Positions 18,512-28,415 of a DNA stretch of 64,000 nucleotides are shown here, one piece after another. Source of the stretch: Candidatus Multivoradales bacterium (GTDB lineage Bacteria; Acidobacteriota; Thermoanaerobaculia; Multivoradales; J023); assembly GCA_965248925.1 (NCBI GenBank), contig CBDFLE010000006.1, positions 2,944,001 through 3,008,000 on the forward strand. The letters run 5' to 3'. The position numbers and the translations under genes were made by a program. The first letter of the stretch is position 1. Each line of letters starts with the position of its first letter. The notes under the pieces were generated by a model. The model did not search any database, had not been told where the DNA came from, and saw only the letters and a list, made by a program, of their open reading frames with translations.

Positions 18512-18604
18512 CCCGTCTCTGAGCCAGCCAAACTTGGTGACCGCCTTTCCCGCTCGTCGGGCAGGCGGTCGACGTGTTTCTGGGCCATTTTCTCGACTCG
18601 GTGA

Positions 18605-19390
18605 ATGACTCCCGTGCTGCTCTACCGCATTGCCCCTGAAGGCTTCCTCGCCGCCACGGATCCCGATGGCGAGCTGCGTTGCTTGCACTCCGACCCCTTT
18701 ATCGACGCACCGTCGAGCTGGCGCTTTGGTCGGCCGGTGCAACTGGAGCAAGCGGCGATGTTGGTGCCGGTGATGCCGGGCAAGTTGGTGGGGGTGGGAC
18801 GCAACTATGCCGAGCACGCTCGCGAGCTGGGCAATGCGGTGCCCGATCGGCCGCTGCTATTCCTCAAGTCCCCTTCTTCGGTCATCGGCCCTCGGGCCAG
18901 CGTGGTGCTGCCGCCAGAGAGCGAACAGGTGGAGTTTGAAGGCGAAATCGCGGTGGTGATTCGCCACCGCCTGCGGCGCGCTAGCCCGGCCGAGGCTGCC
19001 GCTGGCGTGCTCGGCGTGACCGCTGCTTGTGATGTCACCGCCCGCGATCTGCAACGTCGCGAACCGACTTTTGTCCGCGCTAAGTCTTTCGATACCTTCT
19101 GTCCGCTGGGGCCAGCTATCTTGGTGCGGCCTGACTTGCGGGAGCTGACGCTCGAGACCCGGCTCAATGGCCAACTGCGCCAACGGAGTAGCGTAGCCCA
19201 GATGCTCTTTCCTTTGGCCGAGCTGCTGGCCCATATCTCAGCGTCGATGACGTTGGAGCCCGGCGATGTGGTACTCACCGGTACTCCGGCCGGGGTTGGA
19301 TTGCTGGCGGACGGCGACCGGCTGGAGGTCGAAGTAGGGGGTGTGGGAGTGTTGGAAAATACGGTGCGAGCTTGGGAGCAAGGGCCGTGA
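18605..19390 (+). CDS. Fumarylacetoacetate hydrolase family protein
   Basis: VGRNYAEH, FEGE, DVTARDLQ, AKSFDTFCPLGP, GDVVLTGTPAGVG. Confidence 0.93.
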   Translation: MTPVLLYRIAPEGFLAATDPDGELRCLHSDPFIDAPSSWRFGRPVQLEQAAMLVPVMPGKLVGVGRNYAEHARELGNAVPDRPLLFLKSPSSVIGPRASVVLPPESEQVEFEGEIAVVIRHRLRRASPAEAAAGVLGVTAACDVTARDLQRREPTFVRAKSFDTFCPLGPAILVRPDLRELTLETRLNGQLRQRSSVAQMLFPLAELLAHISASMTLEPGDVVLTGTPAGVGLLADGDRLEVEVGGVGVLENTVRAWEQGP

Positions 19391-19611
19391 GCCGGCTCCG
19401 GGTCAGTCGCCCGGCGATAGCCGGAGTGGTGGTGGCGGCGATCGCATTCTTGGTGTTCTACGAAATCCGCGGCTACCCCTGGCTGCTGGCCAGCTTGGCC
19501 GGCCTAGCGGTCGGCCTGCAACCCTATGCTGCTTGGCGGGCCATCGACGAGATTCGGGCCGCGGTTGCTAGCTTGGCCCCACCGCCGGAAATGGACGACC
19601 AAGACGGCTAA
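19387..19611 (+). CDS. Small two-TM membrane protein
   Basis: GTGA overlap with upstream stop; two hydrophobic helices. Confidence 0.6.
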   Translation: MSRLRVSRPAIAGVVVAAIAFLVFYEIRGYPWLLASLAGLAVGLQPYAAWRAIDEIRAAVASLAPPPEMDDQDG

Positions 19612-19637
19612 GATGGAGGGCCGGCGGTGTGCTGGGC

Positions 19638-19811
19638 TCAGGTAGGCGGGCGCGGTTCTTCGCCGGTGGTTGTGGAATGGTCTCCAGTGTTGCCCAAACG
19701 GCGCCAAGGAATGAGAATCAGCGTGGCGAGCAAGAAAAGATGCACGCCGCCAGCGAAGACAAAACCAGTGAGCAGCAGCACAAGCCAGACCGAAAAAGAT
19801 GCGGCTGCCAT
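19638..19811 (-). CDS. Small membrane protein
   Basis: Hydrophobic ORF (WLVLLLTGFVFAGGVHLFLLATLILIPW). Confidence 0.55.
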   Translation of the reverse strand: MAAASFSVWLVLLLTGFVFAGGVHLFLLATLILIPWRRLGNTGDHSTTTGEEPRPPT

Positions 19812-19922
19812 GGTTAGGCGAGTTTGAGAAGACATTGTCACGGCGAAAGCTTAGCAGAGCCTCCGAGCAGCTCTGCGGTGCGGTGGTGGAAGTGGTTCGC
19901 AAATTCGACCTTGGAGGAGTTA

Positions 19923-20399
19923 ATGCCAGTCTTTGAATACCGATCGATGCTGCGGCATTCGCTGCCGATCCTCTCTCCGCTGTTGGTTATCGTGGCCTGT
20001 AGCAAGCCGGCTCCGGTTGCTGGGGATGGCCCTCTAGAAGTGGTCGATGTCGAACCAACGGTTGAAATCACCTCGGTGGACGACCCGCAGGAGCAGCGCC
20101 GAGCACTCGCGCTCAGCGGCGTGCTACCGGATCGCTTTCCCGACGGTTTGCCGCTGCATCTGCCGGCTAGCGTGGTCGATATCTCCACCGCCTCCGAGGA
20201 CCAACAGGCGGTAACTTTGATGCTGGATCAGCCGCCGTCGACGGTCGAGGAGGCGCAGCTGGAGTTGCTGCGCTCGGCGGGTTGGACAATCAGCCCGGAA
20301 GCAAACGGCGGTTGGCTGCTGGCTCGTGGCGAGGTGCGGGTGAGGATGGCAATCAAGAGGGGGGATGTAGGCACCCAGCTGCGTTTCGAGTATCGCTGA
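19923..20399 (+). CDS. Putative lipoprotein
   Basis: GGAGGAG RBS; lipobox IVAC. Confidence 0.65.
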   Translation: MPVFEYRSMLRHSLPILSPLLVIVACSKPAPVAGDGPLEVVDVEPTVEITSVDDPQEQRRALALSGVLPDRFPDGLPLHLPASVVDISTASEDQQAVTLMLDQPPSTVEEAQLELLRSAGWTISPEANGGWLLARGEVRVRMAIKRGDVGTQLRFEYR

Positions 20400-20454
20400 G
20401 AACTAGCCTATGCCGTGGCTCTGAGACCACGGCTCGGCTGGATGGGAGAAGTAG

Positions 20455-21441
20455 ATGCGTGCATTGTTATGCCGAGAGTTCTCGGGCCTTGACGGGCTGT
20501 CTCTTGAGACGGTCGCAAGTCCATTGCCGGATTCAGGAGAGGTCTTGCTCGACGTCCGCGCTGCGGGAGTCAACTTTCCCGACCTACTCATTATCAGCGG
20601 CAAATACCAGTTTCGCCCACCGCTGCCGTTTGTGCCTGGCGGCGAGTGCGCGGGAACGATCGCTGCTATCGGCGCAGAGGTCGAAGGCTTTGAGCTTGGC
20701 CAAGCGGTGATGGCGACCTCGTTGGTGGGAGCCTTTGCCGAGCAGATGGCGGTGCCTGCCGGCGCCCTCCAGCCGTTGCCGGCGGCTCTTGATTTTGCTA
20801 CCGCCGCTGGGGTGTCGGTCACCTATGGCACCTCCTACTACGCCCTCAAGCAGCAAGCTCGGTTGAGAGCTGGTGAAACCCTGCTGGTGCTCGGCGCCGC
20901 TGGCGGAGTGGGTATGGCGGCGGTGCAGATTGGTAAGCAGATGGGGGCGAGGGTGATCGCCGCGGCGAGCAGCGCCGAGAAGCTCGATGCAGCGGTGGCA
21001 GCGGGTGCCGATCTGGGCATCAACTACGCAGAGCTTGACGCCAAGCAGCTCAAAGAGAGCATCAAGGAATTGACCGATGGCCAGGGAGTCGATGTGGTTT
21101 GCGACCCGGTCGGCGGGGCCTTCTCGGAGGCGGCTCTGCGGGCCACGGCTTGGAACGGCCGTTTCTTGGTGATCGGCTTTGCCTCGGGTGAGATCCCTAA
21201 GGTGGCGCTGAATCTGGCGCTGCTCAAAGGGGCGCACATCATCGGCGTCTTCTGGGGTACTTGGGCGCAATGCGAGCCAGCCGCCTCGCGGCAGAACTTG
21301 GCCGAGTTGCAAAAGATGTTCACTGCCGGCCAGCTGATCCCCCGAGTCACAACTTATCCACTGGCCGACTTCCGCTCGGCCCTGACTCTGCTGGCCGAGC
21401 GGCGAGCGCTGGGCAAAGTGGTGCTGGAGATGGGCGAATAG
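20455..21441 (+). CDS. NADPH:quinone oxidoreductase (MDR/zeta-crystallin family)
   Basis: GVNFPD, PFVPGGE, LGAAGGVG. Confidence 0.93.
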   Translation: MRALLCREFSGLDGLSLETVASPLPDSGEVLLDVRAAGVNFPDLLIISGKYQFRPPLPFVPGGECAGTIAAIGAEVEGFELGQAVMATSLVGAFAEQMAVPAGALQPLPAALDFATAAGVSVTYGTSYYALKQQARLRAGETLLVLGAAGGVGMAAVQIGKQMGARVIAAASSAEKLDAAVAAGADLGINYAELDAKQLKESIKELTDGQGVDVVCDPVGGAFSEAALRATAWNGRFLVIGFASGEIPKVALNLALLKGAHIIGVFWGTWAQCEPAASRQNLAELQKMFTAGQLIPRVTTYPLADFRSALTLLAERRALGKVVLEMGE

Positions 21442-21561
21442 TCTCGTTACCCTGGTTTTACCTTGAAATCTCGGAGTCTGATGCCCAGATTTCAAGGCAG
21501 TGGTCAACGGCAGGTTCTGAACCAGTTGGCAAGGTGAAGTCGATTTCTAGTAGGAGATGAA

Positions 21562-22377
21562 ATGCAGATTGAAGGCAGGGTTGTGTTGGTTACCGGCGCT
21601 GCGAACGGCATCGGTCGCGCACTGGCCGAGCGCTGCCAACGCGAAGGCGCGGCGGGTGTCGGCGTGGCGGATCTCGATGGTGCTGGTGCACGGCGAGTTG
21701 CCGAGGCGATCGGCGGGCTGGGGATCGAGGTCGATGTTGCGGACGAGCATGCCATCCGCCGGGCGGTGGCGGTCACCGAACAGCGTCTTGGTCCGATCGA
21801 CTTGCTGTGCTCGAATGCCGGCGTGGCGTTCTCTGACGCGCCGGGGTGGATGGCGACTTCGCAGACCAACCAGCAGTGGGAGAAGATCTGGAAGATCAAC
21901 GTCATGGCCCATGTCTGGGGAGCCCGAGCCGTGTTGCCGGGAATGATCGAGCGCGGCGCCGGCTATCTGCTGCAAACGGTCTCGGCAGCTGGCTTGCTAA
22001 ACCAAATTGGCGATGCCGCCTACTCCACCACCAAGCACGCTGCTTTGGGTTTCGCCGAGTCGTTGGCGATCACCCACGGCGAGCAAGGAATCGGCGTCTC
22101 TGTGCTTTGCCCGCAAGCGGTGCAAACGGCGATGTTCGGGGGCGGCAATGATCCGCAGATGAAGCCGTTGGCCGACGCCGCCAGTGGCGATGGGGTGCTG
22201 TCGCCGGACGAGGTCGCCGCCATGGCCGTTGCTGGGTTGGCCGAGGAACGTTTCTTGATCTTGCCTCACCCCCAAGTCCGCAAGTATCTTGGTCATAAGG
22301 CGACGGACTACGAGCGCTGGTTGAAGGGAATGCGGCGCATTCGCCATAGCTTATTCGGTGACCAGTCCTCGAGTTGA
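21562..22377 (+). CDS. SDR family oxidoreductase
   Basis: TGAANGIG, SNAG, YSTTK. Confidence 0.93.
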   Translation: MQIEGRVVLVTGAANGIGRALAERCQREGAAGVGVADLDGAGARRVAEAIGGLGIEVDVADEHAIRRAVAVTEQRLGPIDLLCSNAGVAFSDAPGWMATSQTNQQWEKIWKINVMAHVWGARAVLPGMIERGAGYLLQTVSAAGLLNQIGDAAYSTTKHAALGFAESLAITHGEQGIGVSVLCPQAVQTAMFGGGNDPQMKPLADAASGDGVLSPDEVAAMAVAGLAEERFLILPHPQVRKYLGHKATDYERWLKGMRRIRHSLFGDQSSS

Positions 22378-22427
22378 AAACCAGGCTAGTGCCGAAGGAC
22401 GGCTTGGCGGGTCTCGGGTAGAGGCCG

Positions 22428-24806
22428 CTAGCTGGGTGGTGATACTTCGGAGTGGCGAGCCGCTTGCAACTCGCGCACGGTGTCGAGCAGCAGAGCTCGG
22501 CGGAAGGGCTTTTGCAGTAGGCGGTCTGCTGGCGAGTCGCGTAGACGGTCGGCGACTTCTTCTTCGGCAAAACCAGTGGCTACCAGAACTTTGACCCGTG
22601 GATCGAGCAGCCGTAATTGGCGCAAGGTTTCGCCACCGTCCATACCAGGCATCCGCAGATCCAGCACCACGACGTCGAAGTCCGGGGTGCGACTGTAAAT
22701 GGCCAGCGCCTGATGGCCGTTCGAGGCACTTTCGACCTCGAATCCGGCGCTCTCCAGCATCCGCCGGAGAATAGTCCGTACCGCACTCTCATCGTCGACG
22801 ATCAACAGCTTTCCACCCTCTTCGGCGGTGGGTGGCAGTGGTTTTTGTGGGGTCTCGACCGGGGCTTCACAGAGCGGTAAGAAAACGCGAAAGCGGCTAC
22901 CGCGATGCTCTTGGCTGTCGATGGCCAAGCCGCCTTGATGGGATTCCACCGCGCCCAGCACCGCCGCCAGTCCAAGACCCCTTCCCTGGGGCTTGTTGGT
23001 AAAGAAAGGATCGAAAATTCGCGCTTGTACCGCCGCCGACATACCGGTTCCGCGATCTCCGACTTCGAGGCAAGCCCACTTGTTGGCGATGCTCGCTGGC
23101 CGTACCACCAAGCCGGGCAAGTCTTGGATTTGTTGCAGTCCGAGCAGCGAAGTGTTCAGCCAAACCTCGCCTTTGCTGCCATCATAGGCATCTGAGGCGT
23201 TGGCCAGCAGGTTCATCACCACCTGCTGCAGTTGGGTTGGGTCGACCCGCACCGGCAATTCCTCGCGGTACAGCTCGAAGCTCAGCCGGATGCCGTAGCC
23301 GAGTCGACGGCGCATCAGCCGAGCGGCCGAGCGTAACTCTTCGTTGAGGTCAACGGTCTGCCGGCGAAATGAGCCCCGGCCGGCATAGGTGAGCATCTGA
23401 TGGCAGAGGTCGGCGGCGCGTTCAGCGCCTTCGGCAGCCACTTCCAACTCCGGTCGGGTTTCGGCATCTTCTGGCAAGAGGGTCAGGGCGTAGTCGATGC
23501 CGCCCAAGATACCCACCAACAGATTGTTGAAATCGTGGGCGATGCCGCCGGCCATGATGCCCAGGCTCTCGCGCTTATGAGCCAGGGTGAGTTCGTCCTT
23601 GAGTTCCCGCTGTTGGCGGTTCAACAGGGCCTGGGCGAGCAGGCTGGCAATCTCGACTAGCTGGCCGCGCTCTGTCTTGAGCCACTCTCGGGGCTCACCA
23701 GCCTCGAGCCGTAAGAGGCCGGCGGTACGCCCGGAAGCGCGAATCGCCACGTAGAGTTCACTGCCTTGCCGGCGATGGGGTTTCGCGGGATTGGCGCTCA
23801 GTGGGCCGACGGCCGAGGAGCGTTCCTCGAGTTCTTCAAACAGTGTTGCCGGCTCGCCGGCCGGAAATTGTTCGCTCCGTTGGTGGCTGGCCACGCTCAG
23901 CTGATAGCGGTCGATGCAGGTCGGTTCGGGGTCATTGGGGCCTTGCAGCCAGACCTCGGTGGCGAGGATCTCAAGGGCGTCGGCTACCTTTTCAGTAGCG
24001 AGCGCCACGGCGGCGTCGAAATCGCCGCGATGAAATCGCTCGGCCGTAGCCAGTTCGATGATCACGTCTTGCAGCTTCCGCTGACGGGTGATGTCGCGGC
24101 TGGTGACCACCACGCCTTCGACTTCGCCGTCCGACCCTCGAACCGGTTGCGCCAGAACCTCCATATAGCGTCGTCGTCCGTCGGCAGTAGCGACCCAGGC
24201 TTGAACCTCGTTGTTGTCGCCAGCAAAAGCCGGGTCGAGAATTGGGCGGACGATGTTTTCGAAGTCCTCGACGCCGTGCAAGTCTTGGCAAGGGTGGCCG
24301 ACAATCTGCTTGCGCACTTTGCCGAACATGCGTTCGTATTGATCGTTGACCGCGCGATAGATGTAGCCGCGTCCAACTAGTGAAATCAGTGCCGGGGTCG
24401 AGGCCAGCATGGTCTCGTAGCTGCGGCGCAGCTCGCTCAAGCGTCGGCTGTCGCTCAGGTCCCGCAGCGTGCTCTGGATCATCATCTCGCCATCGATCTC
24501 GATCCGCATGGCGGTAATTTCGGCTGGAAACTGGCTACCGTCGCGGCGTTGACAGGCGATCTCGAACTGCAGCACGGCGCGCTGGCGCAGCTGTTCGAGG
24601 AAAACCATGGCTTCTGCCCGATCCTCCACGGCATGTAACTCGATAAGATGCAACTGCTGGTCGTCAAGATCAATCTGCAGGAGTTCGCGGCAAGCCCGAT
24701 TGGCGAACAGCAGAGTGCCTTGGTCCGACACCAGGACCACTGGAGTAGGGCTGTTCTGAATGAGCTTCTGGAGAAGACCGTTGGCCCGGAGCATGGGAGC
24801 AAGCAT
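22428..24806 (-). CDS. Hybrid PAS-PAS-GAF sensor histidine kinase / response regulator
   Basis: AGGIAHDFNNLL H-box, NLLANA, DRGTGM, FDPFFT, GRGLGLA, C-terminal receiver (LIVDDE, DLRMPGMDG). Confidence 0.95.
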   Translation of the reverse strand: MLAPMLRANGLLQKLIQNSPTPVVLVSDQGTLLFANRACRELLQIDLDDQQLHLIELHAVEDRAEAMVFLEQLRQRAVLQFEIACQRRDGSQFPAEITAMRIEIDGEMMIQSTLRDLSDSRRLSELRRSYETMLASTPALISLVGRGYIYRAVNDQYERMFGKVRKQIVGHPCQDLHGVEDFENIVRPILDPAFAGDNNEVQAWVATADGRRRYMEVLAQPVRGSDGEVEGVVVTSRDITRQRKLQDVIIELATAERFHRGDFDAAVALATEKVADALEILATEVWLQGPNDPEPTCIDRYQLSVASHQRSEQFPAGEPATLFEELEERSSAVGPLSANPAKPHRRQGSELYVAIRASGRTAGLLRLEAGEPREWLKTERGQLVEIASLLAQALLNRQQRELKDELTLAHKRESLGIMAGGIAHDFNNLLVGILGGIDYALTLLPEDAETRPELEVAAEGAERAADLCHQMLTYAGRGSFRRQTVDLNEELRSAARLMRRRLGYGIRLSFELYREELPVRVDPTQLQQVVMNLLANASDAYDGSKGEVWLNTSLLGLQQIQDLPGLVVRPASIANKWACLEVGDRGTGMSAAVQARIFDPFFTNKPQGRGLGLAAVLGAVESHQGGLAIDSQEHRGSRFRVFLPLCEAPVETPQKPLPPTAEEGGKLLIVDDESAVRTILRRMLESAGFEVESASNGHQALAIYSRTPDFDVVVLDLRMPGMDGGETLRQLRLLDPRVKVLVATGFAEEEVADRLRDSPADRLLQKPFRRALLLDTVRELQAARHSEVSPPS

Positions 24807-24900
24807 AGCGGAGCGTGTCGTTCACTGGGCGATTTCGCAAGGTATCATTCGTTGTAGATCGCACTATTGCCTCTTGAGTGCGCCCGGAGAGTTTCCTTAG

Positions 24901-25668
24901 ATGACGGATCAGATCGACTTTTCCCTGACTGGCAAGGTAGCCGTCGTGACCGGCTCTAGCCGTGGTATTGGCGCCGCTATTGGCCGAACTTTGGCGGCAC
25001 ATGGCGCCACGGTAGTTTTGACCTCGCGCGACCAAGAACGACTTGATGCGGTGGCGAGTTCTATCGCAGAAGAGGGTGGCGAGGTGGTGGGTGTCGCTTG
25101 TCACGCCGGTCGTAGCGATGCCATCGAGGCGCTATTTAACAGAGTTCGAAAGCTCTACGGCCGATTGGATGTGTTGGTTAACAATGCCGCTACCAACCCT
25201 TATTACGGTCCTCTGGTTAACGCTCCCGAATGGGCTTTTGACAAGACCGTGGCAGTCAATCTCAAGGGCTATTTCTTGATGTGCCAAGGGGCGGCGCGGG
25301 TGATGCTCGAGCAGGGCTCGGGGTCGATTATCAATGTGGCCTCGATCGTCGGCTTGTCGGCGGCGCCACAGCAAGTGATTTACTCGATGACCAAGGCTGG
25401 AGTCATCAGCTTGACCCAGGGCTTGGCCAAGGAACTTGGGCCGAGCGGCGTGCGGGTCAACGCGATCGCCCCGGGCTTGATCGAAACCCGCTTCGCGGCC
25501 GCCTTGATCGAGGACAAGAGCCGCCATGGAGAACTTCTGGGGGCGACTCCGCTGCGACGTCACGGACAGCCGCCGGAGATTGCCAGCGCGGCGCTCTATC
25601 TGGCTTCCGATGCGTCGAGCTTTACCACCGGTTCGGTAATGGTGGTCGACGGCGGTGTCACCGCCTGA
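24901..25668 (+). CDS. SDR family oxidoreductase (FabG-like)
   Basis: TGSSRGIG, NNAATNP, YSMTK. Confidence 0.93.
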   Translation: MTDQIDFSLTGKVAVVTGSSRGIGAAIGRTLAAHGATVVLTSRDQERLDAVASSIAEEGGEVVGVACHAGRSDAIEALFNRVRKLYGRLDVLVNNAATNPYYGPLVNAPEWAFDKTVAVNLKGYFLMCQGAARVMLEQGSGSIINVASIVGLSAAPQQVIYSMTKAGVISLTQGLAKELGPSGVRVNAIAPGLIETRFAAALIEDKSRHGELLGATPLRRHGQPPEIASAALYLASDASSFTTGSVMVVDGGVTA

Positions 25669-25676
25669 GCCGTCAC

Positions 25677-25817
25677 GTGGATGCCCTGGCAGGTCTGCGC
25701 CGCCTCTATCCCGCTAAGCGGTTGCTTGAACAGACCGCTCGGTTGGCGGCTTACGAATCCGACGGGCTCACCGCTCTGCGCCAAAGACCGCGTGCTGGTG
25801 TGATTTCGCGGGAGTGA
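25677..25817 (+). pseudogene. N-terminal remnant of a GlcD-like FAD-linked oxidase
   Basis: RLLEQTARLAAYESDGLTALRQRPRAGV resembles the GlcD N-terminus (YExDGLTAxRxxP); stops after 46 codons. Confidence 0.65.
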
Positions 25818-25821
25818 GGAG

Positions 25822-26196
25822 ATGAAGATGACATGGGTTCAAATTAGCCTTCGGGTGCAGGGAATCTACGCCCTGGTGATGGGGCTGCTGATGGTGGCGG
25901 CGCCGGGTTTCTTGTTGGGCTCTTTGCGAGTTCCCACCGATGGTCCATGGGTGCGTTTGGTGGGATTGTTGGCGATCGCGTTGGCAATCTACTATTTCGC
26001 CGCCGTGAGTGCTGGTAGGGACGGTCTGTGGTTCGCGCGCGCTAGCCTGTACGGTCGCGCCGTTGCAGTGATTGGCTTGGTGGTCTTGGCGGGAGTCTTC
26101 GGTTATCCGAGGCTAGTGTTGGTGGTGTCGTGCGAGGCGGCGCTCACCGTTTGGACCTGGCGAGCGCTGCACGGAGTCGTGGCGACTAAGAAGTGA
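25822..26196 (+). CDS. Four-TM membrane protein
   Basis: GAGGAG RBS; four hydrophobic segments. Confidence 0.75.
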   Translation: MKMTWVQISLRVQGIYALVMGLLMVAAPGFLLGSLRVPTDGPWVRLVGLLAIALAIYYFAAVSAGRDGLWFARASLYGRAVAVIGLVVLAGVFGYPRLVLVVSCEAALTVWTWRALHGVVATKK

Positions 26197-26324
26197 CCCC
26201 GCAGGTACATCGTTCCCAAGACTCTGAGGCGCGGCTCAATTTGGTGTCTCGCTGAGGAGGTCAAACTACCAGGGTCTGGGTGAATACACTTGCGCGACGT
26301 CAACGGTGCTGGCAAAACGCATGC

Positions 26325-26561
26325 ATGACCGTTCAAATAACCATTCGCAACGTTCCCGACGAGGTGCGCGATGCGCTGGCCGCGCGGGCACACGATGAAC
26401 GTCAATCGATGCAGGAATTTCTTCTGGATCAGCTCAAAGGGTTGGTTAGCAAACCGTCTGTGGCGCGGTGGGTAGCGGCGGTACGGGAGCACTAGTCGGC
26501 GCGTCCGACAGATCTGACAGCTGCCACAATTCTCACTCACCGGGATCAGGATCGCCGGTGA
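26325..26561 (+). pseudogene. FitA/VapB-like RHH antitoxin with internal amber stop
   Basis: MTVQITIRNVPDEVRDALAARA; TAG at 26493-26495, frame continues ...ILTHRDQDRR* to a GTGA overlap. Confidence 0.75.
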
Positions 26562-26671
26562 GTGCCTGGTACGTGGCGCTTGCCGAGGCTCTCGCTCTAC
26601 CGCTCGCTACCCTCGATGTCCGACTGGCGCGGGCCAGCGGGCCGGTTTGTGACTTCGAGTTGCTTGCTTGA
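26558..26671 (+). pseudogene. VapC/PIN toxin remnant (C-terminal part only)
   Basis: AWYVALAEALALPLATLDVRLARA directly after the start codon; N-terminal PIN residues absent. Confidence 0.75.
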
Positions 26672-26713
26672 TCTTCGAGCGGTAGCTGCCAAGCCTTCGC
26701 CGTTAGCTTCACC

Positions 26714-28234
26714 TTAATACCCGGTCGCCAACACCTCGACTTGCAACGAGCCCATCGCTGGAACGATGGCGGCCATGTCACGCATTGCCGAGGCTTCGTC
26801 GGCAAGGGCCGAGACGGTGAAGGCGATGTGCGCGGCGTCGAAGGGCTGATCGCCGGACAGAGTGGCGTCAAGATCGATCCAGCGATCATCGATCAAGCCC
26901 TGGGTCCACATGTGGTAGCCGAAGAGGTCGCGTTGGCCGACAAAGCTTTCGACGTAGACGAGGCCGGTGACTACCCGCGCCGGGATGCCGTCGGCGCGCA
27001 GCAGGGCGGTGAGTAGCACGGCGTGCTCGGTGCAATCGCCGGAGCGGCTGGCGGCGACTTCGGTGGCGGTGGCGAGCAGCGAGTCGAGGTTTTTCTCGGC
27101 CACGAACTGGGCCACGAAGCGATGCAGCCGCTGCGCTCGATCGAGGGGCTTTGCCGGCGCTTCGGCCATCGCCTGCTGGTGCAGCTGGCGCAACGACTCG
27201 TGCTCGAAATCTATGTAAGGAGAGCTGCGCAGATAGGGCGCCAGGTCCAGGTCTTTCTGCCTTGGCTTGCTGGAACCGAGCTCGACGGTAATGGTCGAAT
27301 AACGGCGCTTGTTTTTGCTCCGCTGGTAGCCGATCGACGGCAGGCCGGGCAACTGACCGTCGTCGAGACTCAGCTTGTAGACCGCGCGGCGAAGCTGGCG
27401 GGGTCGCTCGATGGCGCGGCTGGGATAGACGAAGGTGCGCGCCATCAACTCCGGGGCGCCTTCGATGCGCAGCACCTCATCGCGCTCGGCCAGCACCGTC
27501 AGCAACTCGAGACCGAGCATCGAGGTGGCAGAGCGCAGCATGCGGCCTTTGGCATCGAGGTTGATTGTGGTTGAAATGCCCGGTGAATGGCTCTGCTGCT
27601 GCCGCCAGCGGCTGGAGGAGACGGAATGTCCGGCCGCGACGACTTGCGTGTCTTTGGCCTCTAGCTGCCAATTGATCATTACCGGCTCCAGGCCGAGCAG
27701 CGGGTCGAGGCCGCGCAGTTCGAATTTCTTAGCGTCGGAGCTGACCCGCTGGGCTAGCTCCGCTTGCAGTCGAGCCGGGGTCAGCCATTCGCCCTCCGGC
27801 CACGGCTGGTGACTAGTGGTGACCTGGTCGCCTTGACGGCGTTCGACCTCGACCTCATCGCGGTCGCCAAAGCGATAGGTGATCTCGATCGGTTCCAGGC
27901 CGAGTTTTTGCCGCGAGGTGGCGACCAGCGGCCGGCCGTCGGCGGTCTCACTGAAACTGCTTGCCATTTCCAGCTCGGTCACCACGCCGCCGCGGCTGAG
28001 GCGAAGGCGCATCAGGATCTCGCTGGTGATCTCTTCACTTTCGGCGGTCTGGCTGCGGATCTCGCGAGTCACCATATAGCCGGCAGGTTCGCCGCTCAGC
28101 TCGACGCGGTACCAAAGTTCTTCGGCTCGAGTTGGCGTGGTCGGCTCTGGTTCAGCCGGTAGAAGGGCCGGGACGAGGAACAGAGAGAGCAGGACCGGCG
28201 GTGTTCGACGGCGGATAGAGAAGGCTGCGCGCAT
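26714..28234 (-). CDS. Secreted transglutaminase-like domain protein
   Basis: Signal peptide; SGDCTEHAVL, GIPARVVTG, YHMW, WIDLDAT (Cys-His-Asp triad). Confidence 0.9.
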   Translation of the reverse strand: MRAAFSIRRRTPPVLLSLFLVPALLPAEPEPTTPTRAEELWYRVELSGEPAGYMVTREIRSQTAESEEITSEILMRLRLSRGGVVTELEMASSFSETADGRPLVATSRQKLGLEPIEITYRFGDRDEVEVERRQGDQVTTSHQPWPEGEWLTPARLQAELAQRVSSDAKKFELRGLDPLLGLEPVMINWQLEAKDTQVVAAGHSVSSSRWRQQQSHSPGISTTINLDAKGRMLRSATSMLGLELLTVLAERDEVLRIEGAPELMARTFVYPSRAIERPRQLRRAVYKLSLDDGQLPGLPSIGYQRSKNKRRYSTITVELGSSKPRQKDLDLAPYLRSSPYIDFEHESLRQLHQQAMAEAPAKPLDRAQRLHRFVAQFVAEKNLDSLLATATEVAASRSGDCTEHAVLLTALLRADGIPARVVTGLVYVESFVGQRDLFGYHMWTQGLIDDRWIDLDATLSGDQPFDAAHIAFTVSALADEASAMRDMAAIVPAMGSLQVEVLATGY

Positions 28235-28252
28235 GACAATTCCTTTGCTAGA

Positions 28253-28385
28253 AGAGGAAAGTTCTCGTGGATTGGCGTCGGTCAGCGCAACATCACGATC
28301 GCCTTGCCGTAGCTAACTACGAGCTTCTTCCTCTCCTTATTCTGGCCCCCGGAGGTTTCCTCAAACCTCCGGGGGCTTGTTTTAT
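28253..28385 (+). ncRNA. Candidate structured small RNA (long hairpin plus terminator)
   Basis: Nested stems folded by eye with G-U pairs on the + strand, followed by a + strand terminator; no family recognised. Confidence 0.4.
28345..28385 (+). terminator. Intrinsic terminator hairpin (U-tract on + strand)
   Basis: GCCCCCGGAGGTTT-CCTC-AAACCTCCGGGGGC followed by TTGTTTTAT. Confidence 0.75.
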
Positions 28386-28415
28386 CTGGCCAACGACTTG
28401 TGGAGCCCGGTGGCC

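Noticed and set aside
26493-26495. Amber readthrough or recoding in the antitoxin
   Set aside because: TAG serves as a normal stop for many genes here, and the adjacent toxin is also decayed, so pseudogenisation is simpler.
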